Assembly: GCF_009914755.1 (NCBI RefSeq)
Contig: NC_060927.1
Reading direction: 5' to 3' (one strand)
Length of the DNA: 64,000 nucleotides
From: the human T2T-CHM13v2.0 reference genome, Homo sapiens
Below, piece by piece: positions 12,901-31,430 of the stretch. Within the stretch, counting starts at the first letter, position 1; every line of letters starts with the position of its first letter. The position numbers and the translations under genes were made by a program. Under the pieces are notes generated by a model, which saw only the letters and a program-made list of their open reading frames with translations, searched no databases and was not told the origin of the DNA.

Positions 12901-15447
12901 AGAGGACCTGATAGATAACTACAGAACTCTCCACCCAAAAACAATAGACTACACATTCTTCTTATCTCTACACGGCACTTACTCTAAAATTGACCACATA
13001 ATTGGAAGTAAAACAATCCTCAGCAAATGCAAAATAACTGAAATAATAACAAATGGTTTCTCAAACCATAGCATAATCAAATTAGAACTCAAGATTAAGA
13101 AACTCTTTCAAAATCACACAACTACATGGAAATTGAACAATCTGCTCCTGAATGACACTTGGGTAAATAATGAAATTGAGGCAGAAATCAAGAAGTTCTT
13201 TGAAACTAATGAGAACAAAGAGTCAATATACCAGAATCTCTGGGATGCAGCTGAAGTGCAGTGTTAAAAGGGAAATTTACAGCCCTAAATGCCCAGATCA
13301 AAAAGCTAGAAAGATCTCAAATCGACAACCTCACAACTAAAAGAACTAGAAAACCAAGAGCAAACAAACCCCAAAGCTAGCAGAAGACAAGAAATAACCA
13401 AAAACAGAGCTGAACTGAAGGAGAGACATGAAAAACCCTTCAAAATATCAATCCAGGAGCTGTTTTAAAAAAATAGTAAAATAGATAGACTGCTAACTAG
13501 ACTAATAAAGAAGTATTAAACACAATCAGAAATAATAAGAGGAATATCACCGCTGACCCCACAGAAATACAAACAACCATCAGACAAGACTATAATCTCT
13601 ATGCACATAAACTAGAAAATCTAGAAGAAATGGATGAATTTCTGGAAATATACACCATCCCAAGACTGAATCAAGAAGACACTGAATCCCTGAACAGACC
13701 AATAACGAGTTCTGAAATTGAGGCAATAATAAATAGCCTACCAATCAAAAAAAGGCCCAGGACCAGACGGATTCACAGCTGAATTCTTCAAGAGGTAGAA
13801 GAGCTGGTGCCATTTCTACTGAAACTATCCCAAACAATTGAAAAGGAGGGACTTCTCCCTAATTCATTCTATGAGGCCAGCATCATCCTTTTACCAAAAC
13901 CTGTCAGAGATACAACAACAACCACAACAAACTTCAGGCCAATATCTCTGATGAACACTGATGCAAAAAATCCTCAATAAAATACTGGCATACTGAATCC
14001 AGCAGCACATCAAAAAGCTTATCCACTATGACCAAGTTGGCTTCATCCCCAAGATGCAAGGTTGGTTCAACATACACAAATCAATAAACGTGACTCACCC
14101 CATAAACAGAACTAAAGACTAAAATCACATGATTGTCTCAGTAGATGCAGAAAAGACCTTCAATAAAATTCAACATTGCTTCATGTTAAAAACTCTCAAT
14201 AAACTAGGATTGAAGGAACATACCTCATAATAATAAGAGCCATATATGACAAACCCACAGCCAACATCATACTGAATGGGCAAAAGCTGGAAGCATTCTC
14301 CTTGAAAACTGGCATTAAGACAAGGCTGCCGTCTCTCACCACTCCTACTCAACAGTATTGGAAGTCCTGGACAGGACAATCAGGCAAGAGAAAGAAATAA
14401 AGCATATTCACATAGCAAGAGAGGAAGTCAAATTGTCTTTGTTTGCATATGAAATAATCCTGTATTTAGAAAAACCCATTATCTCAGCCCAAAAGCTTCT
14501 TAAGCTGATAAGCAACTTCAGCAAAGTCTCGAGATACCAAAATCAATGTGGAAAAATCACTAGCATTCCTATACACCAACAACAGGCAAGCTAAGAGCCA
14601 AATCATGAATGAACTCCCATTCATAATTGCTACAAAAATAAAATACCTAGGAATACAGCTAACAAGGGGAGTGAACAACCTCTTCAAAGAGAACTACAAA
14701 CCACTGCTCAAAGAAATCAGAGAAGAAACAAATGGAAAACATTCCAAGCTCATGGATAAGAAGAATCAAGATTGTAAAAATGGCCATACTATCCAAAGTA
14801 ATTTACAGATTCAATGTTATTCCCATCAAACTACCATTGACTTTCTTCACAGAATTAGCAAAAACTATTTTAAAATGCATATGCAATCAAAAAATAGCCC
14901 AAATAGCCAAGACAATTCTAAGCAAAAAGAACAAAGCTGGAGGCATTATGCTACCTGACTTCAAACTATCCTACAAGGCTACAGTAACCAAAACAGCATG
15001 GTACTGGTACAAGAACAGGCACATAGACCAATGGAACAGAATAGAGAACTCAGAAATAAGACTACACACCTACAACCATCTGATCTTCAACAAACCTGAC
15101 AAAAACAAGCAATGGGGAAAGGATTCCCTGTTTAATAAATGGTGCTGGGAGAACTGGCTAGCCATATGCAGATAATTGAACTGGAACCCTTCCTTATACC
15201 ATCTACAAAAATTAACTCAAGATAGATTAAAGACTTAAATGCAAAACCTAAAACTGTAAAAACCCTACAAGAAAATCTAGGCAATACCATTCAGGAAATA
15301 GACACAAGCAAAGATTTCATGACAAAAATGCTGAAAGCAATTTCAATGAAAGCATAAATTGACAAATGGGATATAATTCAACCAAAGAGTTTCTGCACAG
15401 AAAAATAAACTATCATCAGAGTAAACAAATAATTTTCTCCATTCTGT

Positions 15448-15611
15448 AGAATTGGAGAAAATTTTTGCAATCTATCCATCTGACAAAGGTCTGATATCCA
15501 GAATCTACAAGGAACTTAAACAAAATTACAGAATGGGAGAAAATTTTTGCAATCTATCCATCTGACAAAGGTCTGATATCCAGAATCTACAAGGAACTTA
15601 AACAAATTTCC
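15448..15611 (+). repeat. 82-bp tandem duplication inside L1 ORF2
   Basis: Units at 15448-15529 and 15530-15611, about 3 mismatches. Confidence 0.95.
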
Positions 15612-15772
15612 AAAAATAAAACCCAAACAACCCCATTAAAAAGTGGGCAAAGAACCTGAACAGACACTTCTCAAAAGAAGACATTTATGTGGCCAATAAA
15701 CATATGAAAAAAAGCTCAACATCACTGATCATTAGAGAAATGCAAATCAAAACCACAATGAGATACCATCTC

Positions 15773-15804
15773 AAAATCGCAATTACTTTTGCACCAATCT
15801 AATA
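15773..15804. mobile_element. Half MADE1 (Hsmar1 TIR) within the L1
   Basis: aaaatcgcaattacttttgcaccaatctaa followed by TA matches a MADE1 terminal inverted repeat. Confidence 0.85.
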
Positions 15805-17079
15805 TTAAAAAGTCGAAAAGACAACAGATGCTGGTGAGGTTGTGGAGAAAAATGTATGCTTTTACACTGTTTGTAGGAGTGTAAATTAGTTCATCCATTA
15901 TAGAAGAAAGTGTAGTGTGGTGATTTTTCAAAGACCTAGAGGCAGAAATACCATTTGTCCCAGTAATCCCATTACTGGGTACATACCCAAATAATTATAA
16001 ATTATTCTATTATAAAGAAACATGCATGCATATGTTCATTGCAGCACTATTCACAATAGCAAAGACATGGAATCAACCTAAATGCCCATCAGTGATAGAC
16101 TGGATAAAGAGAACATGGTATATATACACCATGGAATACTATGCAGCCATAAAAAGGAATGAGATCATCTCCGTTGCAGGGACATGGATGTAACTGGAAT
16201 CCGTTATCCTTAGCAAACTAATACAAGAACAGAAAACCAAACACTGCATGTTCTCACTTATAAGTAGGAGATGAACAAAGAGAACACATGAACACATGGG
16301 GTTGGAATCAACACACACTGGGGCTTGGTGGAAGATAGGCTGTGGGAGGGAGAGCACCAGGAATAGCTAATGGATGCTGGGCTTAATACCTAGGTGATGG
16401 GATGACCTGTGCAGCAAACCACGATGGCACAAGTTTACCTATGTAACAAACCTGCACATCCTGCTCATGTACCCCTGAACTTCAAGTTGAAGAAGAAAAA
16501 AAGAAATAACTGCGGTAACAAGTAATTAAGTAGCTTCTATCTTCCAGGTGTTGTGCCCTGCATAACCTTGGCATGACATGTTATTATGATTATTTTACTC
16601 ATGAGAAAAACAAATTTAAATTGTAGGAAATTTACCAAAGGCCATAAAAGAGACAGTGCTAAGATTTTAAGGTCCTTCAGCCTAAAAAGCGGCATCTTTT
16701 GTTTGTTTATTTTTTATTTCAACACATTTTCCTCAGTCATTATAGTAAAAGAGGAAAGGAATGGCATGTACAGAATGCTTTTCTTTATGATGTCCTAAGC
16801 TGGTCCCATTTTTTCCAATTAATTGGGTGCTTATATGTGTAACCTAGATATCAGCCAAAGTCATTCTATTCTTTGAGTTGAGAAATACGTAAAATTTTCC
16901 AGAGGTCTTTCTCCTACATCTTGCAAAAGGGCCACTGTGTTCCCAAGACTGTAGTTTCTCTTGGAAAATTCTGGCTTGGAGTTCCAACATAATGTCTTGG
17001 CTTGAACTTCTGGCTCTTACTCAGACTCAATTTCATTCTCATCTTTAGTCCCTCACCTACAGTTTCTGTTCCCTATTCA

Positions 17080-17500
17080 TGGCCAAAGTTTGGATATTTG
17101 ACCCTCCAAACCTCATTTTATAATCTGATTCCCAATGTAGGAGGTGGGGCCTGATGGGAGGTGTTTGGGCCATGGGAGGGGATCCCTCATGAATAGATTA
17201 ATGTCCTCCTTGAGGAGGCAGGGGTGAGTAAGTGAGTTTTAACTCTATTAGTTCCCATAAGAGCTGATTGTTAAAAAGAGCCTGTCATCTCTCTCCTCTC
17301 TCTCTTGCATCCTCTCTCATGAAATGGTCTCTGATATACACACAAGCTCCCCTTTATCTTTCAGCACAAGGGGAAGCAGCCTGTGGCCCTCACCAGATGC
17401 AGATATCCAATCTTCCAGCAAACAGAATCGTGAGTCAAATAAAACTGTTTTCTATTCTCCAGCCTCTGGTATTCCTTTATAGTAATACCAAACCAAGACT
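17080..17500 (+). mobile_element. MSTB-family MaLR solo LTR
   Basis: aggtggggcctgatgggaggtgtttgggccatggg...gatccctcatgaatagattaatg...agaatcgtgagtcaaataaaac. Confidence 0.85.
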
Positions 17501-17829
17501 TTTACCCACACATAAGACTTCTTGGTTTTCCCTCTAAAACATGCACATGAGAAGAATGTATGTCAGACTTGGAGAGATGGAGGGCGTTTAAATCACGGAA
17601 ACATAAACAACACTGAATGTTCAATTTCCTTTGACTCCAGATTCCTTTAAGTCTCCTTGCCACTGGGAATCACTCACTTCCCTGTTTTATGCCCAACCTT
17701 GATTTTCCCTCTTGGTTGATTCCCTTTAATCCCCTTCAAAACTCTGCTAACATCTTTTCTCTAGAAGAGTCTTTAAAATTTTCATCCTTTTATCCTTAAT
17801 TGATTTAGGGTCAAATTTTGTTGTTTCTT

Positions 17830-18020
17830 AACAATAAAATAGCTAGAAGAGAGGATTTGAATTTTTCTCACCACAAAAAAAAATGATACATGTTTGAGCC
17901 AATGGATGTCCTGAATACCCTGACTTGATCATTACACATCATGTACAGGTATCAAAATATCATATGTACATCATAAATATGTACAATTATTATGTATCAA
18001 TAAAAAGTATAATAATAAAA
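17830..18020 (+). mobile_element. L1MA/MB 3' end fragment
   Basis: aaaatagctagaagagaggatttgaa...tgacttgatcattacacat...aaatatgtacaattattatgtatcaataaaaa. Confidence 0.8.
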
Positions 18021-18890
18021 ACACAGGAAAGCAAGAAAGGAGAGGAGACGAGGACAACTTAGAATTTTAGAGAATGGGGTACTCAAGGACGTCAAAAAGA
18101 GAAATTTATTGGCAAGATCAAAAGTAAATTTGTTTCAGACATGCAATAAAGATACTGCATTACGTTTGAGTGCAGAAATCAGTCAGGCAGCTGGAAATAC
18201 CAAAAGGAGATCCTAAGAGAGATCAGGACAAATGTAGATGTTCACACAGTGGTAATAGTTGAAGACAACATGGTGGAGTGTGTTTAAACATACAAAGAAA
18301 GAGTGGAGCATGGGGATGGGAATAAGTATAAGAGAGGAGATACAGGATTTGAAGAAATGGTTTTATTTAAAAGAAAGGACAAGGGGAAATGTAGAAATAT
18401 AGGAAAACTAGGACGCTAAAACGCAGAGGAAGATGAGCAAAGAGAGATTTTTATACAGAAGAGGCAGGACAAGAGTGACAAATGTTCCTGGAAGTAAAGA
18501 TCAACACTGTAAAGATGTCAATAAATTCCAGGATTAGGAGACCAGTAGTGTCATGAATAAAGGTAGTTTAAGTGAAGCAGTAAGAGATAAAAAGCAAATT
18601 TCAAGGAGTCAAGAAGCAAGGGTTACATAAATGAATAAAAAACTTCAATTGTGACATGTTTGAATTTTAAAAGGAAAAAAATTGTAAGAATCAAGGTAGA
18701 TAAAAAGCTTATTTCAGTATATAGAAGACCTGAGTATTTTTTTAGGGAAAATGTACCCAGTAGAGAAGGAAAGATAAAAGATAATTCCCACACTACTCAA
18801 CAGAGTCCGAGGATACAATGCTATTTGTCACTGAAACAATTTACCTAAACAGTATATGTGTGTGTGTATGCTTCTATAATTCAATGCATG

Positions 18891-18893
<3 letters not shown>

Positions 18894-18930
<37 letters not shown>
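18894..18930. repeat. (CA)18 microsatellite
   Basis: Uninterrupted CA run. Confidence 0.97.
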
Positions 18931-18931
<1 letters not shown>

Positions 18932-20557
18932 CTGGCTATAGAACAGTGATAAACACTGATCTTTCCATGTTCTGAAAGCTTTTGTATACTCTAAGCCAGT
19001 ATGTTTTAATGCTTCCAAATGGAAGTAATCTCAGCTACCACACCATTCTGAGATATGGCTTTTGTTTACTTAATGCAAACTCTTTCTCTGATATTTATTT
19101 TATATTCCAGAAAATACCAAATGTCTGGCCCACAGTTTGGACTAATAATGGCTAACAAAGTATGCTGGGGCTAGAACCACCACAAAGAGACAAAGAAAGA
19201 ATGCTTGATGTAAACATGAAGATTTTGCAACAGTTCCAGGTACCATCAGGGAAATGACCAAATTAATAGAAAGTAATTAATGACAATTAAGAAGGGCTAC
19301 AAAAACTTCACTGAAGCTAGAAAGGACTGACAACCAATTACATTAGTTGTAGCTGGAAAAAACTGTGGCTGACAGTTATGATTTCAAGAAATTTGGAGAA
19401 AACAGAAGATATTTTACCAACAGACTATTCTGGTAACAACTTCCAAAGAGGCTGTACCACAAGGACTTAACAGAGCACTGATTCGGTTGTACCTCCAATT
19501 CCAAAAGTGCATATTACAGGCTAAAAGGGATGGAACAAGTGCCCAGAGAAAGCTATGGATACAAACAAAAGAATTATCCCTGGAAAGGACAGATTTGTCC
19601 TTCTAATTTCTCACAGCACTAAAATAGACAACAATTTAGAGAAGTTTTGAGACGGAGAGTTGAACTGAGATCATAGGAACTGAGGCCATCTGTTAGACCT
19701 AGAGTAAGGAAAGAATTCGGGAAAGATTTGGAAAAATAAATAGATAAGTTTTAGAGCAGCATTTTAAGGGATACAGTAAGTAGACTTCTGCTTCTAAAAA
19801 TGTGAACTATACACAGAGCATTTGTATCCTGAATCTCCACCAAATGACAATAAGGCAATAAAAAACGGCACAAGAGCAAAGTTAAGAGAAGAATAAGGAG
19901 AAGATCTGAGATTTTAATAAATAGTTGAAAGCTAGCAAGAAGAAGGATAATTGGAAATCCACTTAGAAATCTTTAGAAAGCTAAAACATACTCTTGCAAT
20001 GGTAAAAATAAGAGGCACCATAAATGTTTCATTACAGCAAGTCTCAGGAATTTGAAGTACCAGATATTTCTAAGTATGGGCTTAAAACAAGAAGATTGGC
20101 TGAAAGTCATTTTTCAAAGGTGGTGGTCTCTCAGGTTGTCTCTACCACACAGTGCAGCAAGGTAATCCTCCTCCTCCTCAATCCAGCAGTGGGTTTTCAG
20201 GGTTGATGGCACCGTTGGAGCTTCCTGTTATATCAGAGGCAGCATGGTTTTGGGTCAGCTGAAGCAACAATGGCCTCACCAGGCCAGCTCTGCAGTGCTC
20301 CTACTCTGGAAGGTGTTTCTGAAAATTCAGCCATAGATATTGTTTGTCCATTTAATCCGTGAACTATCTGATACCCCTCAGTAAATTACTTCCTGGTTGA
20401 AGTAGCTACTAAGCTTAAAATATGTGCCTCTTAAGACCCAATAATTTCACCCTTAAGTATATACACAATAAAAATGAACATACCTGTATCTACCAAAAGA
20501 CTTCTTTAAAAAAATGTTTATGGGGCCGGGCACAGTGGCTCATACCTGTAATCCCCA

Positions 20558-21470
20558 TGTGTCCCGAATTGGTTCCTTCCAGTGGGTTCTTGGTCGTGCT
20601 GACTTCAAGAATGAAGCCGCGGTGAGCATTACAGTTCTTAAAGATAGTGTGTCCGGAGTTTGTTCCTTAGATGTTCAGATGTGTCCGCAGTTTCTTCCTT
20701 CCAGTGTGTTTGTGGTCTCGCTGACTTCAGGAGTGAAGCCGCAGACCTTCAAAATGAGTGTTACAGCTCTTAAAGATGGTGTGTCTGGAGTTTGTTCCTT
20801 CAGATGTTCAGATGTGTCCAGAGTTACTTCCTTCCAGTGGGTTCATGGTCTCACTGACTTCAGGAATGAAGCTGCAGACCTTCGCAGTGAGGGTTACAGC
20901 TCTTAAAGCTGGCGTGTCCAGAGTTGTTTGTTCCTCTGGGTGGGTTCGTGGTCTCGCTGACTTCAGGAATAAAGCTGCAGACCCACGTGGTGAGTGTTAC
21001 AGCTCATAAAGGTAGTGTGGACCCAAAGAGTGAGCAGCAGCAAGACTTACTGTGAAGAGTGAAAGAACAAAGCTTCCACAGCTTGGAAGGGGACCGAGCA
21101 GATTGCTGCTGCTGGCTCAGGTGGCCAGTTTTTATTTCCTTATTTGGCTCTGCCCACATCCTACTCGTTGGTCCGTTTTACAGAGTGCTGATTGGTCCAT
21201 TTTACAGAGTGCTGATTGGTACTTTTACAATCCTTTAGCTAAACACAGAGCACTGACTGGTGTGTTTTTACAGAGTGCTGATTGGTGCATTTACAATCCT
21301 TTAGTTAGACACAGAGTGCTGATTGGTGCATTTTTACAGAATGCTGGGTGCATTTAAAATCCTTTAGCTAGACACAGAGCACTGATTGGTGAGTTTACAA
21401 TCCTTTAGCTACACAGAAAAGTTCTCCAAGTCCCCACCCGACCCAGAAGCCCAGCTGGCTTCACCTCTCA
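20558..21470 (-). mobile_element. LTR12-family (ERV9) solo LTR
   Basis: Termini tgtgtcccgaattgg...ccagctggcttcacctctca; repeated gacttcaggaatgaagctgcagacc units; tandem acagagtgctgattgg repeats. Confidence 0.95.
21120..21400 (-). promoter_or_regulatory. LTR12 U3 CCAAT (NF-Y) array and AATAAA-type TATA element
   Basis: Five ctgattgg (CCAAT on the - strand) at about 21188, 21212, 21278, 21319 and 21382; ggaaataaaaaactggcc on the - strand near 21123-21140. Activity not shown. Confidence 0.55.
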
Positions 21471-21503
21471 CCAGCACTTTGGAAGGCCGAGGTGGGTGGA
21501 TCA

Positions 21504-21773
<270 letters not shown>

Positions 21774-22174
21774 CTATTTACAGGCAAAACCCAAAATGAC
21801 CATACAAAAAAAAAAAATAGATAAATTACAATATCAATGGAATACCACACATCAATTTCAAATAAAAATACAAACTACCACTACACATAGCATGGAATAA
21901 TCTCACTGACATTGCTGAGCAAAAGAAAACAAAAACAGAAAAAGACTTACCATATGAACCTATATATGGAAAGTTTAAAAACAGGCAAAACTAATCTCTG
22001 GTGATAAAAAGAATGGTGGTTACCTCAGTAGAGGGGTACAAGAGGCATGTAATAGGAAGAGGCAAAGAGTAGGCTTCCAGGCTGCTAAAGATGTTCTATG
22101 TCTTCACTGGGATGCTGGATACAGAGTAAACATACATAAAACTCCCCCAGGCTATGTTTATGTTATACCCGAAT

Positions 22175-22295
22175 TTAGCAAGAAAGAAAAGAAGCAGAGG
22201 GAGGAAGAAAGGAAGGGAGAAAGGATAGAAAAAAGGGGGAGAGGAAGGAAGGGAAAGAGGGAGGAGGGGGAGGGAGAGAAACAGGAGGCAGGCAG
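22175..22295. repeat. GA-rich low-complexity tract
   Basis: Almost pure purine run. Confidence 0.85.
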
Positions 22296-25244
22296 GCTAG
22301 AGTGGATTCTGTTGCTGGCAATCAGAAGCTCTGATTCAAACAAGAGCAAATAAGAAATAAATAACAGGGATTAGATGGTCAGAATTTCTAGTGGGTTTAA
22401 ATCTGTATTTTCTCCAGCAATGACCATAAGCTCTGAGGTAAAGTCGGAGGAAGAGGGCTAACATTGAGAGCACTTTTCACATGCCTTCTCATCTAAACCA
22501 CACAATCACTCTGAAGAAGGTATTACTATCTTCACCTTTTAGAGTAGGTGATGGGGACAGAAATGTTACATCATTTGAAAATAAAGAGCTAATTAATAGA
22601 ATTGAAATTTGATTCAAGTCAGCCTGACTTCACTGACCATGTTCTTTCCATAACTCTGCTCAGAGAAGTAGGAAGCCTGGGTTAGGAGTCTGGGAAAGCA
22701 GATGTCATGGAAGGTCAACAGGCCATAGTAGTCCAGGGAAAACTCTTTACTGGGTCCAATTCAGGTATAAGTTAAAACATCATCAGGAAACAAACTGGAA
22801 AATAAAGTTGAATTAAAGGTTCAGAGACCATAATTAATATGAAGAGCAGATGCAGTATGAAAGGGAAGAAGTCGTAGGATTAAAGCTTGGGGTCTAGGAG
22901 ATAGAAGTTTCAAGAGTGATGAAACTATTCAACTGGTGGGTAACAGTTGAATATATGAATACTCAAAATACATTTTGCAAGTTTTTATCATTTCCAGATG
23001 ATGGAAATGTAGCATAGGCCTACTTTTAGTCATAGTTTGTCGGTAATAAATCAAGAGGAATATGTCAGAAATTAGTCTCATGGCAATAAGAAACAGGACT
23101 GGTTCAGTGAACTCAAAGGTCAAAAACAACAAAATAATGTGAAATTAGTTAAGGACAACTTGCTAATGATGTGGACAAGCAGGTCAGTCTTTCAAATCCA
23201 ATTCCATTTTATTTTGTAAAACCATATACCTATTTTATTTTATTTCTGCTTTTTGGTGTTTCTTTTTTTGGCTATTGCATAATTTGCTCCTTAAATGTAA
23301 TGTTTGGGAAATGCCTAATAATTGTTCTGGTTTGGCCAATACTGGTCATTTCATTCTTTTTAGTTTTTTAACCACAAATAGAGAGGAGGCTGAAATCCTA
23401 CAAGCTAAGAAAAAAGTATTCTAAATTTCTCTCTCTCCCAATTTCTTCCTCATTCTTCTCTCTTTTCCTACTATTTCTTTTTTATATGCATATAAATATG
23501 AGGAGAAACATTAAAAAAGAGGATAGAAAATTCCTTTGCAATGATGATAACAGTACTAGGAAAGGGATTTACTAATACTGAGTACTTACTACTTACTAAG
23601 TACTATTTACTATTGTTAGTGAGTCTTAATTTCAGGTCTAAATCTTTCCTAAATAAGAATCAATATATTACATGTTCATGCCATAACCGCTTTCCTTTTA
23701 GGTTTGTGTGTCAAAGTGATAGTCAAAATGCGGGTACACAGAACTCAGATATACTGCTATGGTGAAGCGGCTCGACACTTTCAAGTCTCTTACAATTGAG
23801 TCTTCTAGAAACTATGATGATATCAAACCTGTAGGTCATGAAGAGTCTACTACACTGAGCTTGCACACCACATCAGAAAATCAAATTTTCTGGGGAAGAA
23901 CCCATCAAAATTCACGGAGTAATATTGCTGTCTTTTCCTGTATTTGAAATAAATGTTCTTCTCTAACATGTACTTGTGTCTTCCACGAACCAGAAATTTC
24001 ACTCCACACCTCTGTGTTCATAGTTACTTACTAAAAAAATTTACTAAGTTTTAGATTTGTTTCCACAGTTAATATAAGATTTTGATTTTAATTTTTCTAG
24101 ACTATCTTCCAGAAAGAGAAAGTATAATGACTGAGGAATTAAGAAAAATATGCTTTGTTTTTGTTCTCGTGTTTTAAGCAAAGCACAGGGAAACACTCAT
24201 GTAAGCGGAGCACACATACTTAATTAACGGGAACCCCCATGACTTCGTAAGTGGAGATCTTGGAGGATGACTCACAGTTTTAGGCAGAGAACTCTTGCTA
24301 GAAGTCCAACATTTTGAAGACATCTCCATCACCTAGAAGCGTCCAGAGATAAAGAAATTACTATAGTGCCACATTGTGGTGAGTTCAAGAACAAATGTTA
24401 AAAATCTCTGCCTTTTAGCACAAATAAGCAAATAGAAAAGGAACCACTTCTATCAGATCAACTGGGGCTCTGACACTTAACATTTCTTTGTGGATATAAA
24501 TCAAAGTGAAGCAAACATGTTAGTCTTTTTGCAAATGCTCAAGTGCTGTTTTTTAAAGACTTGTAAGAATTAAATCATCAAACAGACACCTAGAAACCCG
24601 AAACCTATGCAGGCTTCAGTGATGGCAGGGGATGGATATGAAAGAAACTTTTAGACAGCTGTTTGATATAATTGACTAGCAGATTTCTCCAGTTACTCAT
24701 CACAGCAATATAACATTTTCCCACCCTTGAACACTGATGAAAAGATTTCTGTATTTATCTTTCCTGATCCAAGTCAAAGCGGGTAAGGGCAAGAAAAACC
24801 CAGGGGAGTGACTGAATTGTGAACCCTTGAGTTTGCAAACTGTCTGAGGCCACATGGGGCCATTCCCCACACATAGGTTAATTCTGAGCCTGAATTCAGG
24901 GTTTATTTCCAGGGCCTGAAGAAAGTGAACGTGAAGTAGTCTGGGAGTTCTAGAGGGCCACAATACAAAGAACAATGCTGGGTAATCGCAGTCCAAACTA
25001 GTTCATCTGTGGATGCTGTGGAGGCTCTACGCTAGGAATACACCCCTTTACCTGCCCAAATCCACTGCTTCTCAGGCTCACTCTGCATTGGGCCCTGTGG
25101 GAAGAGTCTTCAAAGGGCACTGAAGACACCAAGTGGGAGTGATTAAATGTTTCAAATTCATATCAAAACTTCAGATCTTTCATAAAGTCATCTTTAGCTT
25201 GGCTAAAAGAAGTTTCTGAAATATTTTCATATTAGCACTTATTC

Positions 25245-25345
25245 AGATTCCTTGAAGGCAGAAACTCTGTCTTATTCATTCTATATCCTTAGTACTCAAC
25301 ATAGGTTCTAATACAAAGTAGGCACTCTGTCACTGTTTGTTGATA
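25245..25345 (+). mobile_element. L2 3' end
   Basis: ccttgaaggcagaaactctgtcttattcatt...gtaggcactc...tttgttga. Confidence 0.7.
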
Positions 25346-26876
25346 GAGCAGTTATTGCAGGCATTTTACTAAATCCTTAAATGTAATATTCTGCCCAATA
25401 CCACTGTCTCATTTTTTCACAGAATAAGATATTGATGCATATGCAGGTTGGTCAAAACATAATATAGTTCAGATAGATTCAAAAACTCTATAGAAATGCT
25501 TCTATTTGACCATTTCACCTGTCAAAATGATGCAAAAATGTGATTCAACTTAATAACGTCATTTGGTTTTATAGCATTTATATTTTTCAGGCATATCCAT
25601 GTATAATGCCTAGTTATTACTGTGAGATAGGTTAAGTCTAGGAGCATGTCCACTTTATAGACAAAGCCCAAAAAGGTTAAGAGACTTCCCAAGGTTTCCC
25701 AGTGTTGCTGATAGGGCAAAGGTTAAAACCAGTTCTTTTCCTTCAGTTAGCTCATTCCATCGTCCTTGCCAACAGCCCTAGATGTAATATAAAATTCTTT
25801 TTCCCAGCCTTTTCAAATGCGATGCTCCTTGAATGGTCATCAGATTCTGTGTGATCATCATGTTGAAAAGGATGGCTGTCACTTTAAGAGCTGGTGGACC
25901 AAGATGCAGTTTGAACAATGAAAATGCTTTAAAAAAAAATACAGAGCAATAGGGAATGAGGCATTAAAGCCAAATCATTATTCAAACCATTTAACAGGCC
26001 AAAAGCCCCAAATTCCAACAAATTTTACAATCCCCCCACCTAAAAGTTGGAATCATTTTTAAAGAGGTTGCCAAGACACTTGTATTGTTACTATCAATTC
26101 ACATGCTTGATAAGTTTCAAAAATTACATTATAAAAGATTTTCCACACCTATCCTCTGGGAAATTTTCAACTGCCCAATTTTATTTCTTGCCCATAGACA
26201 ACTGGAGTTAATTTACATAAAATATTTCTCCAAGTCATAAACCATTTAAATATTTTTCCAGAAGTAATCTTACTGTTTTCTGTTAAAATATATATACATG
26301 TACACACACACATATGGAACAATGAATCTCAATGACATCTGGTTTTTTCAGGAAGGGACTTAATTCTTGAATAAGAATACAAATTATTTTCTTCAAAAAA
26401 TCTGATTAAACCTCATGGAAGTAGGCATAGTGGAAACAAAAACCTAAATAAAGTCTTTTAGGATCAAAAAATCAAATAAATATGGAACTAATTAACAGTT
26501 CTTCACATTTTACTTAAATTGTAAGCTATTTTTACCCCCGCAAAGATTTAAATTAGTGATTACTTGAACTAATTTCCCCCAAATCTTGAGTTTGTATTTT
26601 GTTATGTCTAAAGGCTGTCAAACTCTAACCTAAGTTTTCAAAATAGACTTGTTCTGTGAATATTAGAAATCAAAATTTATGACTATTTTTAGGAAGAAAC
26701 TTGAAATAGATATAGTATTTCCTAAAAAATACCCTAATACTCATTTCAAATTTCTTCCCCAAAGTCTAAAAGTACCACTGTGTCTTCTATGACAACTACA
26801 TGTGCCAGGTAATTACATATGAAAATACCATCTCTTGAGAACAACTCTTCCATAAGCCACTCTTCTTAAATAGTCA

Positions 26877-31430
<4,554 letters not shown>

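Larger units (their letters stand above)
9921..16501 (+). mobile_element. Old L1PA (about L1PA10-13) with both termini; internally rearranged and non-functional
   Basis: 5' UTR start ggggagggaccaagatggcc; ORF1 remnant 11817-12302; ORF2 start MTGSNSHITIL at 12373; broken ORF2 pieces to about 16.2 kb; 3' UTR ggatgctgggcttaatacctaggtgatggg. TSD core agaaataac at 9908-9916 and 16502-16510. Confidence 0.93.

Noticed and set aside
19100-19620. Non-repeat-looking stretch after a ttccag acceptor, with faint CR1/L3 resemblance
   Set aside because: No ORF and similarity too weak to call by eye.
20580-21420. Regularly repeated units resembling a repeat-spacer array
   Set aside because: Intrinsic LTR12 U5/U3 tandem repeats; no unique spacers and no cas genes; eukaryotic DNA.
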